Source: a candidate division TM6 bacterium GW2011_GWF2_28_16 (GTDB lineage: Bacteria > Patescibacteriota > Microgenomatia > UBA1400 > PJMF01). From it: a DNA stretch of 64,000 nucleotides. The DNA lies in NCBI GenBank assembly GCA_001029715.1, contig CP011212.1, positions 3,407 to 67,406 of the forward strand, given 5' to 3'. Shown in pieces: positions 13,001-20,549 of this stretch. Within the stretch, counting starts at the first letter, position 1, and each line of letters begins with the position of its first letter. The translations under genes and the position numbers were made by a program. The notes under the pieces are model-generated. The model ran no database searches. It worked only from the letters and a program-made list of their open reading frames with translations, and was not told the origin of the DNA.

Positions 13001-16000
13001 CCTATACTTTTCAATCAGCCTTAAGCAATGACACAACTTATTATTATCGTGTAAGAACTAAAGATCTTATTTCTAATACTTATTCTTCTTGGTCTAGCAT
13101 CCGTTCATTAACCATTGACACTTCCATCAGCGATGAACAGTGGTTTGAAACCATGGGAGAACAATTTGCAACCGATACAACTACTGGTAAAGCAATTGTT
13201 TCTAACGTTACCAACGACGTTCGCATTACAGCTACATCCGGAACTACGTTACTCGATGATATGGAATACTCTTCTGATTCTGAAGCTCAAACAGCGTATA
13301 TAACAGACGATGCAGGTATTATAGCAACTGGCGGAATTGTTTCTTTTAATGGAGACTATACTGTTCACACATTCACCAGTAGTGAAAATTTTAATGTTTT
13401 ATCCGGAACAGATGATATTGAAGTTCTTGTTGTTGGAGGTGGTGGAGGTGGAGGTTATTCTTTTGGAGGTGGTGGAGGTGGTGGTGGTACAATCTATAAC
13501 CCATCGTATACAGTATCTTCAGGTGCAATCCCCATAACCATAGGTGGAGGAGGAGGAGGTTCTACTTCATCTAGTTCTAAGGGTAGTTCAGGAGCAAATT
13601 CAGTCTTTGGATCGTTGACAGCTATTGGAGGAGGAGGAGGTGCCAGTGACGGCGCAGAAGAAGGTGTCCCCGGAGGCAGTGGTGGTGGTGGTAGTATAGA
13701 CTCGGTTACCCTTGCTTCTGGTACATCTGGTCAAGGATACGCCGGTGGAATAGGCTCACGCACTGGTTACGGTGGTGGTGGTGGAGGTGGTGGTGGTGGC
13801 GTAGGACTTAATGACACTGCCTCAGAAGCTGGCGATGGTGGAATTGGATACAATTCAAACATTTCTGGTATTTCAACATACTATGCAGGTGGAGGTGGAG
13901 GTGGAACAGGCTCTCAAGTACACAATAATCCTGGTGAGGGAGGAACTGGAGGTGGCGGTAATGGAGGCAATAGTACAAATTCAGGTCTTTCCGTAGGAAC
14001 AGTAAATACTGGAGGAGGTGGTGGTGGAGGAGGTCAGGGCTATTCAGGAGCTTCTGGTGGCTCTGGTATTGTAATTGTTAGATACAAAACTACTCCACTA
14101 AACGTTTACAACAGTAATAATTTTGTTGCTCTTGGTGGCACAATTGCCACTTCTAGTGCTTACACTAGACACACATTCACCAGTAGTGAAAATTTTAATG
14201 TTTTATCCGGAACAGAGAATATAGAAGCCCTTATTATTGGAGGTGGAGGTGGAGGTGGAGGTGGAGAAAGTCAAAACGGATATGGAGGAGGTGGAGGTGG
14301 AGGTGCTGGAGGAGGAGTAATTTATCAACCACATCTTATTTTATCATCAGGAAATAATGCGGTGACTGTGGGTAACGGTGGTAGTGGCGGTGCTTCAGCT
14401 GCTGGAGATTCTTCAAGTAGGGGCTCAAACGGGCAAAACTCTACTCTTGGCTCGCTTATCGCTATTGGTGGTGGTGGTGGTGGAGGTGACTGGTTGTCAG
14501 GATTGTATGGAGGAAGCGGAGGTGGTGCTGGTGGTGATAATGGCGTTATTGGTTTAGGAGCACTGGGTCAAGGATATAACGGAGGTGGCGCAGGTGGAAG
14601 AGCTGGTGGTGGAGGTGGAGGTGGTGGAACCATAGGAAACAGTGGAAGCTCAAGTATTGGAGGAGCAGGTGGAACAGGTTTTCAATCTTCTATAAGCAGC
14701 AGTTCTATTTACTATTCTGGTGGTGGTGGAGGTGGTGCTGGTGGCACCAGTGGTGGTACAGCTGGAGGCGCTGGTGGCATCGGTGGAGGTGGTGCTGGTT
14801 CATATAATGGTCCTAGTGATGGTTCTGGTACATATACTGCCACACCTGGCACAGCCAATACGGGTGGTGGTGGTGGTGGTGAAGGAGCTGGAAATGGTAC
14901 TAGTAGACCAGGAGCTTCTGGTGGTTCTGGTATTGTTGTTGTCAAATATAAAACCCCAACAGGATCGAGTCATTCTCAGGGTGACTACTCTCTTAAAGCT
15001 ATTGCCAACACGAACTCTTTAAATAAAACACTTACTAAAACCATATCCCCTACTATTGATTTATCCGAAAAGGATTCCCTATTTTTTGACATTAGATCCT
15101 CAAGAACAGGTAGTAATATTAAGCTCGGAATTCGCGATTCTGGTGGTACCACCACTGAAGTCACGCCCGACATTACTGCTGTTGACACCTTCCAAACAGT
15201 TTCCCTAGATATTTCTGGTGTTACTAATGCTGATAAAGATAATATTGAGGAAATTATTATTACCATTACTAATGCTGACGCTAGTAATACTTTTTATTTA
15301 GATAATTTTTATACTGAAAAACTTTTAGCCTCTACGGGCTCTGTTCTTTCTACTCCAATAACAGCCACTGATATCAATTCCACAGCCTCAACTTGGAATA
15401 GTCTCGTTTTTGACAGTACTCCTGATGAAGCTATTACTTATCAAGTATATTATGACGTAGCTGGAACTCCCACCATTATTTCAGATTCAGATTTGCCAGG
15501 AAACTCGATTGGTTTTACTACTTCACCTGTTAGTCTAACGTCTCTTAATACTTCTTCGTATCCTATTATCTATATCAAGGCCAATCTCTCTGATGCTACT
15601 GGCGAACCAATTCTTACCAATTGGGGAGTTTACCTCGGCTCTCCACCCAATGCACCTAGTGAAGCAAAGGCTGAAAATCTTACTAATCCAACTGGTATTC
15701 TTGACACAACTCCAGAATTTTCTGCTATTCATAATGACGTTGATGGTGATAGCGCTAATTATTCTGAAATTGAAGTAAACACGGCTAATGATTTTACCGG
15801 TACTGTCATGTGGGACTCAGGTCAACAAAGTATGACTGCCGTCGCTAATGGCGCGCGCTCTGCACAAATTCCTTATGCTGGTACTACTTTGACCTTAAAT
15901 GGAGCCACTTATTATTGGCGCATTCGTTTCTGGGACACTTTTGGCTTAGTTAGCCCTTGGTCGGCAACACAAAATTTCAGCATGAACCAAAAACCAAGCA

Positions 16001-16695
16001 TTCCTACCCTAGATTTGCCAGGCAATAACGCCATTGATCAAAACTTTAATCTTGCCTTTAAAACTACTACTACTGATGCTGACGGTGATTATCTACGCTA
16101 TAAAATTCAATTATGTACCAATGTAGAAATGACGGTTAATTGCCAAACTTTTGATCAAACTGTTTTGCAAACTGGCTGGAGTGGACAAAACACTCAAACA
16201 AATACCGCTTACACCAGTGGTACACAAGCTACATATACTCTGCAAACAGATTTAGAACCAAATAATACTTATTATTGGAGAAGTTATGCCATTGATCCAG
16301 GAGGCAGTAATACTTGGAGTGAAACCCAAGCTGTACCTTATAATTTTTCAACCCTCACCACTCCATTGCCTGCTAGTAACTGTTACATTCAAGAAAACAT
16401 TGATCGCACTCAATTTCTCTTAGTTTGGACAGATAATGCGGATAATGAGGATTTCTATGAAGTACAACGAAGTGTTGATGGCGGAACTTGGACTGCCTTG
16501 CAAACTGGCTTAGCACCAAACACTGCAAATCTTCTCGACAATACTATTAGCACTGGCCATACTTACCAATATCGCGTCGCTCCTTACTTCATCGGACCAT
16601 ATTATGCTTCTTGGTGCACCGCAAGTACTCTTAATATTGGAGTGGGCTTGTTCAATCTAGAGGGAATCAAGGCAAGTGGTTTGCATTTCAACTAA
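7018..16695 (+). CDS. Giant membrane-anchored surface protein with four LamG/concanavalin-like domains, three Gly-rich domains and C-terminal FN3/Ig-like repeats
   Basis: ATG at 7018 follows the upstream stop. Basic N-terminus then a TM helix (LPGLILLGFLILLGLFFWA). Four GLWHF/AQWNF..W.H...Y.NG..DEVR LamG-type units and YYWR/YYYRVR FN3-type motifs. Confidence 0.85.
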   Translation: MLKIFKKIKHQLHRFAIRFKRKILFINWNKFKLPGLILLGFLILLGLFFWARQLPPRAPNFKKSEASSYSFEAKNKVFQAKFGIREQQPMVTFNVDGDKSVTLSYQGNDNSQATIDSKGKNLTFKDVEPNMDIQYKTLANGIKEEIVLHQARQKENNANVFLFNGNFQDAYPKEIIKGISGVGFYDEQNNYLFHFEKPFAIDAAGNRTDNVVIQIENKNDSKVPEVKNSIDGETAYVIRLTVDETWLNDPVRTYPIIIDPTIVHDESSEFSIGQLDRVKDTGSGSSPSLESFYQELGADINTAGLWHFNETSGNALDSSGNSNTGTPTGTTIVDGLLSKARSFSGSGQYITVPNSASLNPTDSITIEAWIYLSAANTNNGLVYKGSFAGSQGIYSFGFFSGSNNSLTFRLNGSTGLGNGQVSGSTSLALNTWYHVAAVYDKSLSQQKIYVNGVEDGSQPYGVAISTDTNNLIIGGYYSSSYLFNGVMDEVRVSNVARTPEEIRLNASRRPYSTFTSNAIDLTSVNAWNSLSWTGTGLATSDGETPASSTGLVAQWNFNETSGVTAVSGGTCGTSCNGTLTNMTTTSQDAAAMTGWTANNRRWGAGALMFDGSNDYVNAGSDSSIDNITSKTFCTWINLRTQIGSDSAGSHIINKGDLWFIATDPANSRNIYGQNFSTTNGRWSFPLMQTGQWNHLCAVYDRSSTSNDPTIYVNGVAQPITEYSTPVGSASDDSSNSLSLGSSIPNGRWLAGSLDGAQLYSRALTASEVLSNYNSSRIELQTRVGTSSDPNDGTWEAWKPTTAEAIIDSLDNSVDQWTIDSYQNSSSTISKIGTINVGSGNDGACTVSSGTTTLSTGSCAGRGTADAVNFASTVLTGAGATSITVSTTPTGLTAGDEVLIINLQGTSTNYDRVGQYETHTIASISTNTLNFTDSPLQNTYDGTTQKIMVQRVPNYTNVTVSSGAILTTGAWDGTKGGVLFFRASGAVSNAGTITMTGLGYRGGTAAVGCTTGGKGESLNGNLGGGDGKDGYSIGAGGTGVFGGGGGGGSYPAASNVVAKGGGGGYGTGGSGGAGTGSASAGGTGSSVGGNGGANTATNTAGGGGGGGFYGQGTLERIFFGSGGGSSGGWYNGACQNGYAGTNGGGIISIFADTLTNANTISSNGTNASSANSGTGSGGAIKIVGNTLTLGSTVTASGGTSGVTGGVGRVSTTYSTSLSGSTTPVPYTQKLQSTIKQEGTGAMQISTGRPEVDSSTVGLWHLDETGGTGAYLKDSSGNANHGTATGTTIIDGLLNKARSFNGSSYITVADSNSLDLTENFSISAWVNRKDTDGGTVVSKTVAGTTGGYAVLWGSAGEVYCRTNNGTTYTDSYSSQGVLTSTTGWTHVAVVKNGTSCRIYINGIDKTSTANSHTNPIANALPLLIGSRTDLGAEFTTGVIDEVRISNIARSAEEIAESYRMGRDHRTSKNISSINLSASTKLPFYIASDRLGTFSELTIGESAFANYEPDANTVGLWNIDEQSGAGAYLKDSSGNGNHGTPTGTTFTQGKVGKARNFNGTSDVVKTGTNSSLNINGTLTLSAWIKASTDVTNYRMIISKEESPSINPYRIYLGSSTGIPNFTDMFTNGGVTGTIALNDDKWHYIVVTRDDTAKVSKMYIDGILNAQGTTYSGTNPQATSTIETWIGKTPYADRFPFYGSIDEVRIDNVARTADEIRQAYEVGSRTHNITIDFKAKLGSGDLITSGSDLGFTVDETAYGSSYAANHLFLGDKIIVKENYDGTEYIAQGTVNAVNFSTGAVTVAAWDSGSTFPAAGFTVNATVFKWQREYFDITSSLSTQRDAITRLTYRITDGSMGANLWLDDLKSSGGYLSNPLGSTITSSVGNQYFQYRAILSQNDPSIPSAALTSVTVDYVSNNTPDAPTLNDSYLHDKIKTPDSSPEIRFTATDEEDDDLIYQFEYDTTADFTAPTTITSDSDLGFTNITTPADTNPFNVGESIAYTFQSALSNDTTYYYRVRTKDLISNTYSSWSSIRSLTIDTSISDEQWFETMGEQFATDTTTGKAIVSNVTNDVRITATSGTTLLDDMEYSSDSEAQTAYITDDAGIIATGGIVSFNGDYTVHTFTSSENFNVLSGTDDIEVLVVGGGGGGGYSFGGGGGGGGTIYNPSYTVSSGAIPITIGGGGGGSTSSSSKGSSGANSVFGSLTAIGGGGGASDGAEEGVPGGSGGGGSIDSVTLASGTSGQGYAGGIGSRTGYGGGGGGGGGGVGLNDTASEAGDGGIGYNSNISGISTYYAGGGGGGTGSQVHNNPGEGGTGGGGNGGNSTNSGLSVGTVNTGGGGGGGGQGYSGASGGSGIVIVRYKTTPLNVYNSNNFVALGGTIATSSAYTRHTFTSSENFNVLSGTENIEALIIGGGGGGGGGESQNGYGGGGGGGAGGGVIYQPHLILSSGNNAVTVGNGGSGGASAAGDSSSRGSNGQNSTLGSLIAIGGGGGGGDWLSGLYGGSGGGAGGDNGVIGLGALGQGYNGGGAGGRAGGGGGGGGTIGNSGSSSIGGAGGTGFQSSISSSSIYYSGGGGGGAGGTSGGTAGGAGGIGGGGAGSYNGPSDGSGTYTATPGTANTGGGGGGEGAGNGTSRPGASGGSGIVVVKYKTPTGSSHSQGDYSLKAIANTNSLNKTLTKTISPTIDLSEKDSLFFDIRSSRTGSNIKLGIRDSGGTTTEVTPDITAVDTFQTVSLDISGVTNADKDNIEEIIITITNADASNTFYLDNFYTEKLLASTGSVLSTPITATDINSTASTWNSLVFDSTPDEAITYQVYYDVAGTPTIISDSDLPGNSIGFTTSPVSLTSLNTSSYPIIYIKANLSDATGEPILTNWGVYLGSPPNAPSEAKAENLTNPTGILDTTPEFSAIHNDVDGDSANYSEIEVNTANDFTGTVMWDSGQQSMTAVANGARSAQIPYAGTTLTLNGATYYWRIRFWDTFGLVSPWSATQNFSMNQKPSIPTLDLPGNNAIDQNFNLAFKTTTTDADGDYLRYKIQLCTNVEMTVNCQTFDQTVLQTGWSGQNTQTNTAYTSGTQATYTLQTDLEPNNTYYWRSYAIDPGGSNTWSETQAVPYNFSTLTTPLPASNCYIQENIDRTQFLLVWTDNADNEDFYEVQRSVDGGTWTALQTGLAPNTANLLDNTISTGHTYQYRVAPYFIGPYYASWCTASTLNIGVGLFNLEGIKASGLHFN
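13366..14216 (+). repeat. Two identical 47-bp direct repeats (13366-13412 and 14170-14216) at the starts of tandem Gly-rich domains
   Basis: CACACATTCACCAGTAGTGAAAATTTTAATGTTTTATCCGGAACAGA read at both positions. Confidence 0.9.
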
Positions 16696-16720
16696 AAATT
16701 CACAAGCTCCATCGAAAAAA

Positions 16721-17182
16721 CTAATCAGCACAAACATAATAAGTGGATGTTGCTGGAGCAGCGACATTACAATGATCTACGCTGTCCGTTATGTCAGAAT
16801 CTGAAGCATTTTCTAAAACTGTTGAAAACAAAAAATCTTCTCCTCCATCAAGTTGTATGTAGTCAAATAAACTATTATCAATCATCTCTTTCATATAAAT
16901 ATTGTCAGAAATCGCAAAACTGCCATCTCCATTTGGACAATTTAGAGAACCATCTTCTCCGCAGGCAACAATGTTTCCATTATCATCGTCTGGAGGGTAA
17001 GATTGAAAATCATTGTAATATATGCGAATTGCAGATTTCAGCTGGCGCAAATCATTTTTTCTAGCACTATCTCTTGCTCGAGCACGAACGCCAATCAAAT
17101 TTGGTAAAAGCACTGCTACTAAAACTCCCAAAACGGAAATTACTACCAAGAGCTCAATGAGTGTAAAGGCATTTTTTTTCAT
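16721..17182 (-). CDS. Type IV pilin / GspG-like pseudopilin
   Basis: Class III signal KKNA|FTLIELLVVISVLGVL, RARDSARKNDL motif, C-terminal Cys pair. Confidence 0.9.
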   Translation of the reverse strand: MKKNAFTLIELLVVISVLGVLVAVLLPNLIGVRARARDSARKNDLRQLKSAIRIYYNDFQSYPPDDDNGNIVACGEDGSLNCPNGDGSFAISDNIYMKEMIDNSLFDYIQLDGGEDFLFSTVLENASDSDITDSVDHCNVAAPATSTYYVCAD

Positions 17183-17203
17183 AAATTTAATTTTATTAAA
17201 AAA

Positions 17204-17764
17204 CTAGTAACTATCTACCACTGTCGGAGCATCAATTATATTAGTACTCATAATGATGTAATTGCAGGTACTCGCTGTCAAAACAGTATCAATAATTCGG
17301 CAATAAGTACCACCATAATAAGCTGGCTCGTCATCTTCATTGAGCACTACTGACTCATCCTCTGTATTTTCTAAATAAGCAAAAAGACGATAACTTGTTC
17401 CCCCTGCATCTGCCAAGTAGAAATATTGATTCCCACCAGGATCTCTAGGCATTTTGCTCATGTATAAAGTCTGGTTGCTGGTATTTTGCCAAACATCTCC
17501 CCATTCACAAGCTTCCGTAGAATTCTCACCACAACCTAAAATTTTACCTCCAGAAGCATAAGGATAATGTTTGAAATCATTGTAATAAAGTTCCAAAGTT
17601 TTACTTATACTTTGCAAGTCTTCTTTACGCTTACTATCTCTGGATTTTTGCTGAACACTGCCAAAAGTGCGCAGACCCAATCCCACCAAAAGTGCCAAAA
17701 TTGCCATCACCACTAAAAGTTCAAGTAAGGTAAAGGCTTTTTGGCTGAGTTTCATATTTTTCAT
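17204..17764 (-). CDS. Type IV pilin / GspG-like pseudopilin
   Basis: QKA|FTLLELLVVMAIL, SRDSKRKEDL, MPRDP..Y motif. Confidence 0.9.
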   Translation of the reverse strand: MKNMKLSQKAFTLLELLVVMAILALLVGLGLRTFGSVQQKSRDSKRKEDLQSISKTLELYYNDFKHYPYASGGKILGCGENSTEACEWGDVWQNTSNQTLYMSKMPRDPGGNQYFYLADAGGTSYRLFAYLENTEDESVVLNEDDEPAYYGGTYCRIIDTVLTASTCNYIIMSTNIIDAPTVVDSY

Positions 17765-17770
17765 AAAGCT

Positions 17771-18475
17771 TTATTGTCTCGCACAAGGTGTCTCGTTATA
17801 GCATTGAGTTGAAGTGGTAAATGGACCCATGTCGCAGTTGTTTCCTTTAACCCAAACGTTACAATCTTGAGATGAAGTATAGGCTGAATTAGCACAACAG
17901 TAACACAGGTGAGTGTCGCAATAGTTTTCTTGAGCAGTTGGAATAGGTGTAGCGGTAGTGCTTGGTGCTGGCGTAGAAGTTGGAAAAACAGCTCCATTTA
18001 AAACAAGAGGAACTCCTTCAGCAATCCCATAAACATAATCAAAACTATTAGTAAACTCTGGATTATCTTCTGGAATGCCACATCCTCCCTCACATCCAAA
18101 TTTTTCAATAATTGGATCACTTTTATCGTTTAAAATACTCAAAACTCTATAGCCTTGAGTTCCATCGTCTGGAAAAGGCATGTAAAGGTAAGGCTTACCT
18201 GTCTCTGGATCGCAAGGTACCGCCTTCAAATACGGACGTAATGAATCGCCACCACAATCATCTAAATATTCTCTGGGTGGATAAGATTGGTGATCATTAT
18301 AATAATCTTCAAAAGCCAACTTAATGTCTCTTAGGTCGCTTTTTCTTTGTGCGTCCTTAGCACGATTAACATCAGTTCCAAAAACCTTAAAAATTGCCAA
18401 CAAGATTAACATCAAAAGTGCTATCACTATTAAAATCTCTATCAAGGTTAGTCCGCTTTGCTTCTTCACTTTCAT
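17771..18475 (-). CDS. Type IV pilin / GspG-like protein with a Thr/Pro linker and Cys-rich tail
   Basis: Start corrected to MKVKKQSG|LTLIEILIV (ATG at 18475). AKDAQRKSDL and PCDP motifs; STPAPSTTATPIPT linker; 6-Cys tail. Confidence 0.85.
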   Translation of the reverse strand: MKVKKQSGLTLIEILIVIALLMLILLAIFKVFGTDVNRAKDAQRKSDLRDIKLAFEDYYNDHQSYPPREYLDDCGGDSLRPYLKAVPCDPETGKPYLYMPFPDDGTQGYRVLSILNDKSDPIIEKFGCEGGCGIPEDNPEFTNSFDYVYGIAEGVPLVLNGAVFPTSTPAPSTTATPIPTAQENYCDTHLCYCCANSAYTSSQDCNVWVKGNNCDMGPFTTSTQCYNETPCARQ

Positions 18476-18500
18476 CTTGTTTTGTTTTAATCTTAACACT

Positions 18501-20534
18501 ATGACGAAAGAAAATAAATTAAGTACTTTTTTCACTTGGTTTCTAATTGGATCGGTCTTTTTATTACCTATCTTTTTTTGCCCTTTCATTATTAATCCTT
18601 TAATTAACAGCAAACTACTTTTAGTCTTTCTAATTGCTTTCGTTAGTGTTTTTGTTTTTATTGCTCAAAGTATACAAAAAAAGAGCTGGGAAATAATCAA
18701 AACTCCCTTTATTCTTCCTCTATTTGCTTTTGCCTTGCTCGTAATTATCTCTAGTTTGGTTAGTCATCAATATCCGAGTAAGCAGTTATTGGGCATGGGA
18801 GGGGCTTACCTTGCCTTCGCCAGTATCATCATGCTTGCTCCCTCAATATTAAAAGATAAATTCAGCAAATACTTTATTGTAGCCAGTAACATAGCAGCTT
18901 TAGTTCTAAGTGTTCTTTCTATTGCACAAGCACTTGGCTTTGGACTGAGTTCCTTAATCAATCGCACAGGAATTTTAGAGTTACCAGACAGCCTAGCTTT
19001 TTCACTAAGCGGATCGACTTTTGTAGCTATTCAATTTTTATCGGCAGTCTTACTCAGTAATGTTTTTGATCAAAAATCTTGGCAAAAATCCTTGTTTAAT
19101 AAAATTACCACCGTCTTCATTGCCATTGCCCTTGGAGTTAATGTTCTAGCTATTTTGCCAAAGGGTGAAGCTTCATTCCAAAGTCTTTCTCTCGCTAATA
19201 GCGTTAGTGTTGCTAGAGGCAGTCTTACTTTTACTAGAAATGCTCTCTTTGGTTATGGTCCAGATTCTTATGGTAATGCGTACAATATACTTAAGCCTCT
19301 TTCAGTTAATGGTCTTGATTACTGGCAATTTACTTTTGACTCAGCCTTTAATCTTCCGCTCACTATTCTTGTAAGCGTAGGATCAATCGCCTTTTTGGCT
19401 TATGCAATATTCTTAGTCAAAACTGTAATTGCAGTCAAGAAAAAAACTGAAGAAGAGGTTTTTCTAAAAACCTTTATTTTGACTGCTTTAGTCTGGCAGT
19501 TCCTAGTTCCAGTTAATTTAGTCATGCTATTCTTACTTGCTCTGGCGCTAGCTTTCTTCATCAATGCGTATAGAGATAAGTATAAGAAAATCAGTTTCAG
19601 CGTTCATAGCTTGACTGATCTTTTACATCGCGGAAAATGGACCAAAACCAAGAATCTCGCTTTCATTGGTGGAAATGTTGCTATATCTTTATTCGCTATT
19701 ATTGCTCTTTATGTTATTGCTAAAAACTTTTTTGCCTATCATCTGTTATATAAAAGCAGTGTAAGCATTAGTAAAAATCAAGTTGCTGATGCATACGACT
19801 ATCATAAAAAAGCAAAACTCTTAGCTCCTCAAGTTGCCTTTATTAGAAGAAGCTATTCTCTGCTCAATCTACAGATCGCTATAGCTTTATCAAATAAAGC
19901 CGATATTAGCCCAGCTGAACAAGAGCAGGTATTGCAATTAGTTAACCAAGCTATTGGAGAAGCAAAAGCTGCCACAGTCCTTGATCCAAGCAATTACCAG
20001 AACTGGTCAGTTCTTTCACAAATATATATGCAACTTCTTGACACAACGAGTCAAGCTCAACAGGAAGCTTTTAATTCTCTCGCCAAAGCTGCTACTTATA
20101 ATCCAGGTAATCCAGAGATTAGAATAATTTTAGGACAGCTATTCTTTAATGTTAAAAAATATTCAGAGGCAACGACCTTCTTTAATCAAGCTATCGAGAG
20201 AAAACCAGATATGTTCCTTGCCCATTATTATCTAGCTCAGACCCTAATTGCTAATAAACAACTAGCGGAAGCTAAGGCCTCTCTCGTTAATAGTCTAAAT
20301 CTTTTAGATAAAGGGACTGATGAATACAAAACAGTTGAAGATGAACTCAACGCCCTAATCGAACAAATAGAAAATAATGCAAAAGCAGCTGAGCCTATAG
20401 ATCAAGTTCCTGGATCAGTGATTCCAGATCTATCAGAAGCTAGTTCTAAGCTCTCAACTTTAGATAAAGAGGATGCTGAGGCTGCTATTCAAGAAAGCGC
20501 TCTTACACCCGACCAGAGTTTAGTTGAAAACTAA
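18501..20534 (+). CDS. Polytopic membrane protein, O-antigen ligase (Wzy_C)-like, with C-terminal TPRs
   Basis: Start corrected to MTKENK. About 12 hydrophobic segments, LFGYGPDSY..AFN loop motif, TPR-like helices near the C-terminus. Confidence 0.7.
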   Translation: MTKENKLSTFFTWFLIGSVFLLPIFFCPFIINPLINSKLLLVFLIAFVSVFVFIAQSIQKKSWEIIKTPFILPLFAFALLVIISSLVSHQYPSKQLLGMGGAYLAFASIIMLAPSILKDKFSKYFIVASNIAALVLSVLSIAQALGFGLSSLINRTGILELPDSLAFSLSGSTFVAIQFLSAVLLSNVFDQKSWQKSLFNKITTVFIAIALGVNVLAILPKGEASFQSLSLANSVSVARGSLTFTRNALFGYGPDSYGNAYNILKPLSVNGLDYWQFTFDSAFNLPLTILVSVGSIAFLAYAIFLVKTVIAVKKKTEEEVFLKTFILTALVWQFLVPVNLVMLFLLALALAFFINAYRDKYKKISFSVHSLTDLLHRGKWTKTKNLAFIGGNVAISLFAIIALYVIAKNFFAYHLLYKSSVSISKNQVADAYDYHKKAKLLAPQVAFIRRSYSLLNLQIAIALSNKADISPAEQEQVLQLVNQAIGEAKAATVLDPSNYQNWSVLSQIYMQLLDTTSQAQQEAFNSLAKAATYNPGNPEIRIILGQLFFNVKKYSEATTFFNQAIERKPDMFLAHYYLAQTLIANKQLAEAKASLVNSLNLLDKGTDEYKTVEDELNALIEQIENNAKAAEPIDQVPGSVIPDLSEASSKLSTLDKEDAEAAIQESALTPDQSLVEN

Positions 20535-20549
20535 AAACAATTAGCTATA

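Noticed and set aside
13430-14890. GGT/GGA runs as microsatellite or CRISPR array
   Set aside because: They are in-frame Gly codons with mixed third positions; there is no repeat-spacer periodicity and no cas gene.
1287-15778. Many 60-140-aa ORFs overlapping the two giant genes
   Set aside because: These are shadow frames of Gly/Thr-rich, codon-biased sequence with no independent motifs.
2-16695. Prophage tail region
   Set aside because: No capsid, terminase, portal or integrase genes; the second giant protein has a membrane anchor and cellular neighbours.
18324-18613. Apparent long overlap between the pilin ORF and the Wzy_C/TPR ORF
   Set aside because: Artefact of longest-ORF calling; starts at 18475 (-) and 18501 (+) remove it.
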